Assembly (NCBI RefSeq): GCF_001194135.2
Contig: NC_068984.1
Location: 57,493,789-57,557,788, forward strand
DNA from: Octopus bimaculoides
Taxonomy: Eukaryota
Length of the DNA: 64,000 nt
Direction: 5' to 3'
Shown: positions 1 to 12,568 of the stretch, piece by piece
Position numbering within the stretch: position 1 is the stretch's first letter
Layout of the letters: every line of letters starts with the position of its first letter
Program-made: the position numbers and the translations under genes
Notes under the pieces: generated by a model
Seen by the model: the letters and a program-made list of their open reading frames with translations, nothing else
Databases searched by the model: none
Told to the model about the DNA's origin: nothing

Positions 1-59
1 ATCTATGTACCCCTTTGTTTACTATTTTATTCTGGTGGATCCCTATAGCAATTCAATGT

Positions 60-288
60 TTAACCCTTTAGCATTCAAACCGGCCATATCCGGACAAAAT
101 ATTTAACCTGTTTTATACAGAAACTGACCGAATCTGGCCTCTCACCCCAGCCCTACCATGTCATTCTAAAACTAAAAAAATCACATCACTGAAATCTCTA
201 AACTACAAGATAATGCATGATTAATTCAAAACAATATAAACAAACAAACATCATATTTGAGAGAATAATCCAAACACTAAAGGGTTAA
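60..288. mobile_element. TTAA-flanked MITE (piggyBac-like termini CCC...GGG)
   Basis: TTAACCCTTTAG at 60-71 and its reverse complement CTAAAGGGTTAA at 277-288; non-coding interior; related copies near 21435-21600, 41879-42090, 53299-53465, 61388-61610. Confidence 0.75.
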
Positions 289-576
289 AAACTAATTTTA
301 TAGATACTTCTTTCAAAATTCCTATTTTGTTATTCAGACATTAACTTGTGTAGGTTGAGTTATATAAAATGTTAGAGAAAGATACTTTATGGTACTTTAT
401 CAACTCTGAAAGGATGAAAGGCAAAGTTGACCTCAGCAGAAGTTGAACTCTGAACATAAAGCTGGACAAAATGCCACTAAGTACTTTACTAGATGCAGTA
501 ACAATCCTACCAGCTCGCTGTCTTCTCTCTCCTCTAATAATGGTTACTGTAACTCATTACACATGCGTGCATGCAT

Positions 577-577
<1 letters not shown>

Positions 578-635
<58 letters not shown>
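578..635. repeat. (CA)n microsatellite
   Basis: Perfect CA dinucleotide run; explains the HTHTHT ORFs in the track. Confidence 0.98.
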
Positions 636-639
<4 letters not shown>

Positions 640-1418
640 CCCATCACTCTTTACATACTGTGATGAATGGCCAAAAATATTGGTTATATGGAAAATAATG
701 TGATAAAGCTGGTCCTTTGAAATACAAGTACTACTTATTTATGCTAGTCAAGTGGACTGAAGCAATGTGAAATGTCTTGCTCAAGGACACAACACGCTGC
801 CAGGAATCAAACTCACAATCTTACAATCATGAGCCAAATACTCTAACCACTAAGCCACGCACCCTCATTAATATATGATAGGAGAAGGGACAGGTTTGTT
901 GAAAAGAGACATAAATATGGTGGTGACAAGGTGTCAGAACACATCCTCAAACCTTTATAATTTGTGGGCTTATATAATGTGGAGAGCTCAGCCACTTGCA
1001 TATTAATTTCATGAGCAGGTTATTTTGTTGGTCAGATCAACTGGAACCCTTGTCATCGTAACTGATGGAGTGCCGGTTATCATATATTAACCTCTCAATA
1101 CCTCACATAAAAGTCCACTCTGTTTTCTCTTCTCCATCTAAGGCAAGGGAGTTGATGGGGTGGGGGCTCTGTAGTCTTGTGAATTACATTACTACCTCAC
1201 TAGTGTTAATGCTATGAAAAAAGCACCTAGTGCACTCTGTAAAGTGATTGGAATTAGGAAGGGTGTCCAGCTGTTGTAACCATGCCAAAACTGAGATACT
1301 GGAGCAAAGCATGGCTTTCTGTACCATTGGATCTTGTCATGGTGAATGCACCTAGAAAGGAATGTGGGTGTAAAAATGATGTTGATTTGTGTTTATGTAT
1401 ATATATATATACAAATGT

Positions 1419-1804
1419 GGAGGCGCAATGGCCCAGTGGTTAGGGTAGCGGACTCGCTGTCATAGGATCGCGGTTTCGATTCCCAGACCGGGTGTTGAGA
1501 GTGTTTATTGAGCGAAAACACCTAAAGCTCCACGAGGCTCCAGCAGGGGATGGTGGTGAACCCTGCTGTACTTTTTCACTACAACTTTCTCTCACTCTTA
1601 CTTCCTGTTTCTGTTGTGCCTGTAATTCAAAGGGTCAGCCTTGTCACACTGTGTCACGCTGAGTATCCCCTAGAACTATGTTAAGGGTACACGTGTCTGT
1701 GGAGTGCTCAGCCACTTGCACATTAATTTCACGAGCAGGCTGTTCCGTTGATCGGATCAACTGGAATCCTCGACGTCGTAAGCGACGGAGTGCAACAACA
1801 ACAA
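1419..1804 (+). mobile_element. Full-length tRNA-derived SINE with (CAA)n tail
   Basis: Pol III A-box-like TGGCCCAGTGG and B-box-like GGTTTCGATTCCC in the head; CAACAACAACAA tail; flanking direct repeat ATATATACAAAT at 1405-1416 and 1804-1815; close inverted copy at 58167-58552. Confidence 0.9.
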
Positions 1805-2399
1805 TATATACAAATATATGTATGTATATGTTCATCCATTTTACAACTGCTTTTCTGCCAAGTTGCTAACCCTTTCTTTTTATAAATAGTATGGCTGAGT
1901 GGTTAAGGGGCTTGCTTTGCAATCCCTCATTATGTGGTATCTTGAACATATTTCATTTTCTATAGCCTCATGTTGACCATAACTTATGAAACTGGATAAA
2001 CAGAAACTTTATAGAAGACTACTGTATGGAGTGTAGCTGTAATTCAAAGGCCCAGCTTTGTCACTTACTGTTTCCCCTCTAATTCTGCCTAAGAAATTAC
2101 ATTAAAGATACATGCCTTTGTGGAATGCTCAAACAATTACATACTAGCTGGCATTTCAATGGATGGAATGCCTATCTTAGTGTTGAATCTTCATTATTGA
2201 AGTTGGAGACAAGCATTCAACAGAAAAATGCTGTACCTTTAATGTAATTTCTGAGGCTGAACCAGAGTTAAACAGTGACAAGGCTGTACCTTTGAATTAC
2301 AAGTAGAATCCATTTCAACAGATATGCACATCTGCAAATATACAACATGCCATTCTACTTCATTCTTATCAGGCTATGAATGACTGGATTTGATATTTA

Positions 2400-2868
2400 C
2401 GGCTGGTTGTGCCAGTGGCACGTGAAAAGACATTCGAGCTAGATCGCTGCCAGTGCCGATGGACTGGCCCCTATGCAGGTGACACGTAAAATACACCATT
2501 TCGAGCGTGACTATTGATCGTTACCAACGTCGCCTCTCTGGCACTTTTGCCAGTGGCACATGTAAAGACATTTGAGCGAGATTGTTGCCAGTGCCGATGG
2601 ACTGGCTCCTGTGCAGGTGGCACGTAAAATACACCATATCGAGCATGGCTGTCGCCAGTACCACCTGACTGGCCCGCGTGCGGGTGGCACGTAAAAGCAC
2701 CCACTACACTCTCGGAGTGGTTGGCGTTAGGAAGGGCATCCAGCTGTAGAAACTCTGCCAAATCAGATTGGAGCCTGGTGTTGCCTCTTGGTCCACCAGT
2801 CCCCAGTCAAATCGTCCAACCCATGCTAGCATGGAAAGCGGATGTTAAACGACAATGATGATGATGAG
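2400..2868 (+). mobile_element. SINE-like element of the (GAT)n-tailed family, with internal tandem sub-repeats
   Basis: 3' module ...GGCGTTAGGAAGGGCATCCAGCTGTAGAAAC...CCAACCCATGCTAGCATGGAAAGCGGA.GTTAAACGA..(GAT)n recurs at 7652-7860, 34277-34478, 52688-52908, 53060-53170 and, decayed, elsewhere. Confidence 0.8.
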
Positions 2869-3514
2869 GAATGCAGGAACACATGCATCAATCACAGCCC
2901 AGTGTGTTTTCATACATGTTGTCTGAGAGGAGAATTTTCTACTAGGACTATTTCCACAGCAGAAGGTCTTCATATGTTCAAGTGTGCTTAAACATGTTTA
3001 ATATGACTTTATGCGTGCGCGCGCACACACACACACACACAAACACTTGTGTGCATAGACAATTGATTTTATCCTGGCATGATTGTAATGCAGAACATTA
3101 TTGTTCAAAATCCAAATACTGGTCTTTAGGTTAATTAAGCTAAAGAAATATAAAAAAAAAACATTATGATTCAATGATTCCCCAAATCAAAAAAATAAAA
3201 CCTGTGTCTTTTAGTGATTGTATTAACACTACATTTCCTAAGTATTTCATTATTCAGTCAATTCTTATGATAGGAAATGTGTTATTGTGTTATACTGTAT
3301 TTATTACATCCTATCACCTCCTAACAGTTAATTACTCCTAGATAGAAGTCCGTCTACTTGCTTCTAAGATGCAATACTGCCTGCTTTATTCACTGATGTA
3401 ATCACCTTTCTTTTACTTTCACAACAATGTATTTTATATTTTCTGTAATTTAGTTTATGCAACTCTTCTTATTTATGAAATATTTTACATCTTGTCACAT
3501 TTATATCATTTCAG

Positions 3515-3643
3515 GGTCCTGATTTATTAGAAACTAGTTCTGAATTAATTTATTCTGGGGAACTAAGTAAAGTTAATTCCAGTGGTTGGACACAGGAACG
3601 CTACTTTTTCTTATTTGATCATCAACTTATCTATTGTCGTAAG
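3515..3643 (+). CDS. ARHGEF9: RhoGEF (ARHGEF4/ARHGEF9/SPATA13 family), PH-domain exon
   Basis: ttcag|GGT...AAG|gtgag, 129 nt: [43 protein letters not shown], matching the collybistin/Asef PH start (..SSELIYTGE..RVFFLFDHQMVLCKK). The symbol is family-level; vertebrates have three paralogues. Confidence 0.9.
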
Positions 3644-4200
3644 GTGAGACACTATTCAATTTGTATATTTATTAAACCTTTTTCCAGTTTTTATGCATTT
3701 TCTCCATTTATTTATATTGTGTTGAATAGTTATTGTTGTTTTTTAATAACCTTATAGCTTTATATATTTCTAAAAGACAAAGTAAATTTTCTTTGAAAAT
3801 ATGCACAGTGGGCAAACACGTTTACATAAAATCTTTTTTTTTTTTTTTTTTTTTTTTGTAAAAATATGACATGATGTATTTTTTAAAATAAAAATCAAAC
3901 ATAACTTTAAAAATATCTAAAGTTTGCTAAACCTTGTGTTTGATATAGGAGTGAAAATATTGAAGTTGTAAAGCATCTTCCATTTAGATATTTCTTGGTA
4001 AGGAAGGATCTATGTATATATTATTATAAAAGGAATATTAGTTTTCTCCTCAATCCCATACCTGAACTTCATAACAAATTTAATGTCTAATAATATATTA
4101 TCTCTCTAATATATATATATATATAGTTGATGTTTCAAGTATTAGCCTCCAATGTAGTCACATCAGAGATATGATATTAATATATATTTTGTCTTTTTAG

Positions 4201-4285
4201 GATCTTTTAAAGAAAAATTCTTTCTCATTTCGAGGAAGAATATATTTAGACCACAGTAAAATTTATCCAGTTGTAGATGGAAGAG
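4201..4285 (+). CDS. ARHGEF9: RhoGEF PH-domain exon
   Basis: tttag|GAT...G|gtaag, 85 nt, phase 0 to 1: DLLKKNSFSFRGRIYLDHSKIYPVVDGR (cf. DLIRRDILYYKGRIDMD..DGRD). Confidence 0.9.
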
Positions 4286-4548
4286 GTAAGCAAACATTTA
4301 ATATTGATGGTTACAGTGTGCGTGTGCGTTTGTGTGGCTTGGTTATTCTGTTCATTTATTATGCTTAGGTAACTTCTTTTAAATTTGTAAGATTTTTCTT
4401 GCATGTTCATATATTTTTATGTAATCATTTAAGGGTTCCTTAACTGCCCAGTCATTGTACCCAATAAATTTTTGTTCTTCTGTGCCTATCTTATTCATAA
4501 GCATCATATGTTTGTTGATATCCTCATTAGTCTGTCCATTATTTTCAG

Positions 4549-4707
4549 ACCCCCAGTTTAATGTATATGTGAAAAATGGTTGGAAGCTTCATGACAACAA
4601 ACGGAACAAATCCTTCTTAGTGTTCAGTAAAAATGCCGTAGAGAAAGATCGATGGCTAAAAGCATTTGATGAAGAAAGGAAGAAAGTGAAAAGTGATCAA
4701 GAAAATG
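4549..4707 (+). CDS. ARHGEF9: RhoGEF PH-domain C-terminal exon
   Basis: ttcag|AC...G|gtaag, 159 nt, phase 1 to 1: DPQFNVYVKNGWKLHDNKRNKSFLVFSKNAVEKDRWLKAFDEERKKVKSDQEN; contains the conserved PH-terminal Trp (RWL.AF.EER). Confidence 0.92.
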
Positions 4708-5857
4708 GTAAGACACATATTTTTACATTTCTGTTAAGCATTTTTTTTTTTTAAACAAGTTGTTTTGATATGAATACAAGTCAGTTGCATTATTTCATAC
4801 TGACTGATCCCTTACTAGAGGTTGGATTTGAGAGAAGTTCATAGTTTTCACGATATCTACAACAATGTTTTCAAGGATTCTTTGCAAACTTGAAGTACAA
4901 TTTTTTTTTTTAATTTGTTATTTGTAGCTTTTGAGTTTTGTTTTACAAACATTTTCCATATAAAAGTGCCAGTCAGTCTGTAGAACAAGTCGTTGTTTAG
5001 CCCCTCTGCTCAGATCAAACAGACCTACAATAAGGTATTCCTGTCATGACCTTCTCCTTTGTGTCCTTCCATTTTTAATATGGTAAAATAGAATTTAAAG
5101 GAAATTTGGCTGTTATTTCTTCCAAGTTGAGCAGCCAATCAGAAGCTCTCTCTCTTTCGTTGCTTGTGTTGGAGCAAGTGTTTCTCATTGGTGGATGTTC
5201 TTCCTAACACCTATTGCTCAACTATAAGGGTGAAATCTATTGTCAGCTAGACAGATGATGTGTTCTATCCAAGAGCACAATTATATAGCCGTTATGTTTG
5301 AAATCATGATTGTGATCAGTTGTGAAGCAACAGTTTAACTGCAGTAGTTATGCCTCATGTTGATCTAAGTAGTTTTATAAAGCTTAGATGAAACAGGTGA
5401 ACAAAACAAGTTTTGAAATGATAACCATCACAAAATTTATGAGATATTTCACAACTAAATGGCCATAGGCTCCTTCTTGACTTAATATCATTACTGCTTT
5501 ACTGCTAGGTTGTTCAATTGCATATTGTACAAAGAAAGAAACAAAAAGACTTTAAAGATAAACGAGGTTAAGTTGCAGGAATTAATTTCAAAGTAATAAT
5601 TAGTACCCAGGTAAAAAAATAATAATAATAAAAGGCAAAAGCATAGTGAAGATAACAACAAAAATAATGAACAAGATAGACAGCTATTGTGGAGAAAGCA
5701 CTGTGGAGAGAGGGGAAGGGGGACAAAACGTTAACTTATGTATATAACCTTTAGTCAGTTGAATATGTGTAGCTTTTTCTCATCCTATTTAGGATATCAA
5801 GCATACTCTCCATCAGTTGACCTAGTAGCTATGTATATTTTAACCTCTTTCATGTAG

Positions 5858-5938
5858 GTTTTACTATTCCACCAAGCTTGCGGAAATCTTGTGCACGAAA
5901 CAGTTTCAGAACAAAAACACAACCAGAACGGCCAAAAG
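5858..5938 (+). CDS. ARHGEF9: RhoGEF post-PH exon
   Basis: tgtag|GT...G|gtaaa, 81 nt, phase 1 to 1: GFTIPPSLRKSCARNSFRTKTQPERPK (cf. GFEISENQKRQA...). Confidence 0.8.
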
Positions 5939-7651
5939 GTAAAATAAAAACTTCATTCCACTCATTTTTTTTTTTAAATAAAGCATATTTGTAGAAATTT
6001 CTAGATGCTAGTTTTAGATGTTTTTTGTTTTTTCTTCATTCTTACCATTTTGGTTAGCAAGCACGAGAATACAGTTTTGTGCATCAATGCATAGTAGTTC
6101 TTCTCTATATTAAAAAATGAAAATATAAAATACCATTCCTCTGATACTCGTGTCTACTGGTTAAGTTATTGTTTTACCTTCTTTTCCAAAATGCACGGAT
6201 AACTGTTTTCTTAACACTTTTTTTTTTCTCTCTTTTACTGAAATTCGGATACACTGTTTCTTATTTCTACTTCACAATGCCAAGAAGTGTTTCTTTCTTT
6301 CTGTTCCTTTTGAATTGATTCCATTGTTTTTGGTTTCAAATTCTGTTTTGTTCTTCAGTTGCAAGTTTTTCTTTCTCTCCTTTTTTTTTTTCACTTTAAT
6401 TTTTATTATTTATATTTCATTAATAGTTTTAATGAATTTTTTTTTCTGTGTGCTCTTATCTACCTAGATTTTAAATAAAATGTACAAAACTATTCTGCTA
6501 GCTGAAATGTATCATCATTTTTCGGTCTTAGATGAAGTTATGTAAAACATTCTTTAAATAAATACAGTATTTTCATGTGGATATAACAATTTACAATTGA
6601 AGAAAATAAATCTCCCTCAATGCTCTTTGCACATTGTAATAAACTATACTATCAAATTCTTAGTAAAATGAAACAAAAATCACTATTGTAATATTAATTA
6701 AATGAGAGCAGCATCCAGAATTCACTAAAATTATCTTTCTCCTCCATCCCTTTCAGTAATAAATCTTAACAAAATTAAAATCTTCCTGTACCCTACATTC
6801 GCTAAACTTCATTTAGTTAAAAGTCCTATACCACTTAATTTTAAGTTATGTTTTCTTATTTGTCATATTATATAATGTGTGTATGTGTATGAATGTATAT
6901 TCTTTTACTTGTACCAAGTCATTGACTATGACCATGCTGGGACACTTCCTTCTAAGATATAGTTCATTATATCAGTCTCAGTATTTTTTTTATCAACTTA
7001 AGAAGGATGAATGGTAAAGCCAAACTCTTAATGCACATGGGTGTAACAAAATACCAGAAAATATTTTGTCTAATGCTTTACCAATTCTTTGCATATATAT
7101 ATGTAAAGAATTGCTTTACACATGCATGCACACTTGTTCATTTCCAAACTTCTGTGAAAAATGTGTCTGGCCATGGGGAAATATTAACCTTGCTTGGAAA
7201 CACGTAAGGGCTGGCAACAGGAAGGACAACCAGCTGTAGAAAATTTACCTCAACAAATTCCATTTGATCTATGCAAGCATGGAAAAGTAGACATTAAATG
7301 GTGATGATGTATAAACTACAGCCAACTCTCAGTTGGACATGACTTGGTGATATATATACCATGCTTTTGCTAATTACTTTAGGTGTCTCTCCATGTCATG
7401 AAAAGGCATAAACACTTTTTTCAGCCTTCCTACATCCAAGATATGACAGCTGAAGGACAATATGATATACCAGCACTATGATGGTAGTTTTTGCTTTTTT
7501 CTACGCCAGAGGTATTTGGCTTCAGAGCACAGTAAGCCAGAACAAATATCACAAAGCATTTTATGCAATTCCCTAATGATTCTTCCAATCAGCTGTTTTA
7601 AAAGTGAAAATTATTATGACTTCCCCTTGGAATTTTATTGTAACTGTTCAT

Positions 7652-7860
7652 CAGCATCATCATCATCGTTTAACGTCCGCCTTCCATGCTAGCATGGGTT
7701 GGACGATTTGACTAACGCCAACCACTCAGAGAGTGTAGTGGGTGCTTTTACGTGTCACCCGCACGAAAACGGCCACGCTCGAAATGGTGTCTTTTATGTG
7801 CCACCCACACAAGAGCCAGTCCAGGGGCACTGGCAACGATCTCGCTCGAAAACCCAGGAG
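7652..7860 (-). mobile_element. (GAT)n-family SINE copy with internal deletion
   Basis: Reverse complement matches 2570-2868 but lacks the central AGGAAGGGCATCC...CCCC segment. Confidence 0.8.
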
Positions 7861-8650
7861 CTTTGTTGTGTGTGCTCATACACATACATACACACTTGCT
7901 TTCATGAATACATGTGTGTTAATACTTTTGGAATACTCCATTTTGATTTTATTTAATTTTTCTTCTCTTCCTTCCTTTGAATGCCTTCTACATTTCTGAT
8001 TGATTAACAAATTAGATTTCTGTGTATATGTGTGTGTATATGAGTTCTATCTAACCGTACTAGTTATGCATATGTTTTGCATATCACACATTCTGATGCA
8101 CTTTATTGGTTGAGAATTCAAGATGCTTGCAAACTAGACTTCCCTTTTTGGAAGTCCAGGGTATTGAATTTTTAGTGTTGGAGTTGGTGAATGAACGGAA
8201 GTACGTTAATTGAATAAAAGATTGATAAGAACATTACTATCTGTTCATAGAATATGACAAAAAAAAAAAGTCTTTATGCAAATGTTATGTACTGTGATTT
8301 CAGGCAAATTCTCTGGATGGTTGTCCCGGAAAACTTCCATATGGTAGGTTTTTGCATGCAATATGAGCTGATCATTATTCTAGTGTGTGAAGATGGACGC
8401 AATCTTGAGCAGACCTATTGTAAAATTTCTGGTGAGCCTGCTGCTATGAAAGGCATGCTGCCTGATAACAAAATACTTGCTCAGTTATAGTGTTTATAAA
8501 TAAACCAAAACGTTGGAACATTTTAAAATCTCTTCTTCACCTTAATCCCCAATTTGTTAAATATTTAGAAATGTATGTTGGTGGCAAAATATGTGATTTG
8601 ATGCTATATAAATTCCAGTTGTGTCCAAAATTGTTTTAGTAGAAAGGAAC

Positions 8651-8700
<50 letters not shown>

Positions 8701-9706
8701 CTAATTTGTATCTATAAATATTAAATTACCTGGAAGGCTAATACTATCAATAACATACCAAATAACTAAGTTTAAAAACTAAATTTTCTAAAAGGAAATT
8801 AGAGTTTCTTTTGAAATTTACACTGAAATATTTGGTAATAATTGCGTGTGTGTGTGTGTGTGTGCATACACACCTGCACACACATACACATGTGAAATGT
8901 TTTCTATACTTAGCCTTTATAAATAAATAATACAAATTTAAGATATCCAAGGTAGCATTATTTGAGGTGCTATGGTCAGATTGTTGTTGTAATTGAAGTA
9001 GACTGCTTGCTTTAATTTAATACAAGACTTTCTTTGGATTTTTGCTTTTCAATTTTTAATTTCCATTTTGTATTTGCTTCCAAATTTAGTTTAATCATAG
9101 CTTATTTTTTAGAAATATATTTCCTTTATCTTATTTATATCATCTGTGTTTGACTTAACATCATATCTAATTAAAATTTTGAATATTATATACACTTACA
9201 AAATTTTATTAAAAAGCAATTTTTTTTTTGAGGGATATTTAAATTTCATGAAAAATTTCTTTTCTGTTGACAACAGTGCTAATATGGTAAAATGGTTACA
9301 TGATGTGTTAAATAGATTGAGTTCAAGTTTTCTGTTGCTGTCTTTTTTTCTTTTTTCTTTTTTTTTTTTTTGGTGTTTCTTCTGAGTTACTAAACAGAGC
9401 TCTAACCTCTGCTTAAATCTACATTTTCTGCTGAAATGACTAAGAAATATGCTTGATAAATGGATTTAACTGAAGTTTTCTGTTGCTGTGTTTCTAATTT
9501 CTATAATCAGAGCTTTTTTTAACTCCTGTCTAAATATATCTACACGTTCCATGTAGACTTAAATATTACTATTTTGTATTGTTTTAATTCGTAATCTTTG
9601 TCACTTCATTAGCAATTTGATGTCAGTGAGTGCTATATCTTTTATCTCTTACTGCAATCATATAATGATTGGATAAGATATGCCCAGTGTGGTTTATATT
9701 CATATT

Positions 9707-9738
<32 letters not shown>

Positions 9739-11397
9739 AAAGCTAGAAGTAAGGTATTTTTGAAGGAACACATTGTTAACTCTCAAGATACTAAAATTAG
9801 CTTCCTGATTTGACGTTTAGGTTTCTTATTTATGTTTGATTTTGGTTGAGTTGTGATAGTTCCACCTAGCTTTCAAATGATTATTCTTCATATATTTCTG
9901 TGTACATGAGATCAGGTAACTGCATAAATTAGTGTTAGCATTTTTAACGTAGGAAGCTAATTAGAAGTAATAATTAATGAAAAAAAAAAAAAATTGGGGA
10001 TTTATTTTTTTGCAAGTAAAGGAAACAGCTCCTGACAGTTTCCACTTTTATTCTGGACTTGCTCAGCAAAATGTAGACTTCACATAACTAAAGTAGTCAT
10101 ACATGGTGTAGCAGAGAAAAATAGAATTCTTTAATAAATTATTCAGGAAAAAAAAAACCATTCACATGAAGAAAAAAGTTACTGCTAACATAATTAATCT
10201 CTGAAGCATTAAAAATTTAAATAGACAACATGCTCTTGGATGCAATATATCTGAATAAAAGATTGGATGATCACAGCTGGAAAGCCAATGTGATCATAGG
10301 TCTACTCAAGACTGACAGGGGGTTGGATGACAAAATGACTGGAAGAACTTATCAGACATCTAAGGCACTTGATCATGAGTATTGTTATGGGGAAACATAT
10401 AAGACATCATAAAAGAGTAAAGATTATCTTGCTCTTTTACAAGCATTACTTATCAAAAGCTGGAAATCAATCAGTTTTTTAAAAAGTGTGTTTGTTTATT
10501 TCTGATTTTGGTCCAAGTTATACTATTCATATACTTAACACTCTGTGGAGTGAAGTATATTAGAGACTTCTCTTAACTTGTTAAATTATTTTGTTAACAT
10601 TTCAAATGACCTGGTATTTGTCCTCTCATCCTTAGGAAAGCAATGAATTTTAAATTAGGACACCTGCCAATGAAGGAACATTTATGTCCTTTTTCAATCT
10701 GCTAGAAATAGCTGCCAAATCTTCCATAAATCCATCTAAGGGATATATTGTGTTGGCCAGTGTAGTTTGTTATATAGAAAAGGATGATATCATCATGGTT
10801 TGAATGCTTGTAATCACTGGCTTACTTGAGCTAAACATGAAGCTATGGAATACAACCCATGAGATGTAGTTATGTATCTTTATACATCTTGACAGATTTC
10901 ATTTCTATCAAAGAAAAATAATGTAACATTAATCTTGACTGGTATCACTTTTGAAGTACTATTAAATTTAAGTGGAGAATGTATTTTATTTTTTTACTGG
11001 TTTCAGTTATTGACCTGTGGTAATGTAGGGCACTACTTTCTAGGATTTTTAGTCAATTATAGTAACCATAGCACTTGTTTCAGTGTTATTTTATTGTTCT
11101 ATATTATTTCTGATTGGCTAAATTAACATTCTGGACCCAAAATTAGTCTTGTTTTAGCTGGTTGTGTTGTCAAACAGATACAGACACACATATGAATGTG
11201 TATACATGTGTGTACACACATACAGAGATATAGGATGGGTTTGCACTCAGTTTCTGCCTACCCTATTCCACTCACAAAGCATTGATCAGCCTATGGTTAT
11301 AGTAGAAGACACTTGCCTAATCTGCTCCAGTGGGAATAAACTTGGAACTATACATATGTGAAGCCAGCTTCTTAAACCACACAACCATTCCTGTACC

Positions 11398-11439
<42 letters not shown>

Positions 11440-11960
11440 NNNNNNNNNNNNNNNNNNNNNNNNNNNNNNNNNNNNNNNNNNNNNNNNNNNNNNNNNNNNN
11501 NNNNNNNNNNNNNNNNNNNNNNNNNNNNNNNNNNNNNNNNNNNNNNNNNNNNNNNNNNNNNNNNNNNNNNNNNNNNNNNNNNNNNNNNNNNNNNNNNNNN
11601 NNNNNNNNNNNNNNNNNNNNNNNNNNNNNNNNNNNNNNNNNNNNNNNNNNNNNNNNNNNNNNNNNNNNNNNNNNNNNNNNNNNNNNNNNNNNNNNNNNNN
11701 NNNNNNNNNNNNNNNNNNNNNNNNNNNNNNNNNNNNNNNNNNNNNNNNNNNNNNNNNNNNNNNNNNNNNNNNNNNNNNNNNNNNNNNNNNNNNNNNNNNN
11801 NNNNNNNNNNNNNNNNNNNNNNNNNNNNNNNNNNNNNNNNNNNNNNNNNNNNNNNNNNNNNNNNNNNNNNNNNNNNNNNNNNNNNNNNNNNNNNNNNNNN
11901 NNNNNNNNNNNNNNNNNNNNNNNNNNNNNNNNNNNNNNNNNNNNNNNNNNNNNNNNNNNN
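11440..11960. other. Assembly gap flanked by (AT)n
   Basis: N run with long AT repeats on both sides. Confidence 0.99.
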
Positions 11961-12004
<44 letters not shown>

Positions 12005-12463
12005 TAGAAATGTTCAATAATTCCTTTTCTTTGTTTACATTACAAAGTTATTTTAAATGCTATAGCAATAAAAAATTAAGTTCAACTTTCCTTTGACCAA
12101 GACAGTTAGTCCAAAACCAGCACACATTCCCATTCCATTTAGAGATATATAAAGGAAAGCAACAAATGGAAATAATTCTCTTTACATTACTAGTCAAATG
12201 ACTTTATTTCACTTCTTGACTATCTGATATCACAGATGTTTTCAATAGTGAATGATGTTATTAGCCTTCTATATCCTATGAGCACTTTGATGAAGGGTCT
12301 GTAGTTGTTGCTTGTCTATAATAACTTAACAGATTTATCTAGCTACTATAGGATACTCATATCTGTCTGTTGCAGATTACAGGCATTGACCAGCAACAAC
12401 TACAATCAATAGGATTATTGTTCATTTTGAATTATGTTCTTATTATCAATATTTGCATTCCTC

Positions 12464-12568
12464 AAGGTGGTAATCTGGCAGAATTAGCATGCCAGGCAAA
12501 ATGCTTGGTGACATTTTGTCTGTCTTTACGCTCTGAGTTCAAATTCTGCCGAGGTTGACTTTGCCTTC
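12464..12568 (+). mobile_element. Partial SINE (GGCGAGCTGGCAGAA-head family)
   Basis: TCTGAGTTCAAATTCTGCCGAGGTTGACTTTGCCTT module recurs at about 54903-55105, 60600-60785 and 61760-61945. Confidence 0.65.

Noticed and set aside
443-703. HTHTHT / THTHTH ORFs
   Set aside because: Translations of the (CA)n microsatellite.
1419-1495. tRNA gene
   Set aside because: A and B boxes are present but there is no acceptor stem, and the sequence continues into a SINE body with tail and TSD.
2410-2700. CRISPR-like repeat-spacer array
   Set aside because: Eukaryotic intron; the units are degenerate tandem modules of a dispersed SINE, without unique spacers or cas genes.
11286-12017. Long ORFs spanning N runs (also 19716-20450 and 44678-45476)
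   Set aside because: Artefacts of translating assembly gaps and (AT)n.
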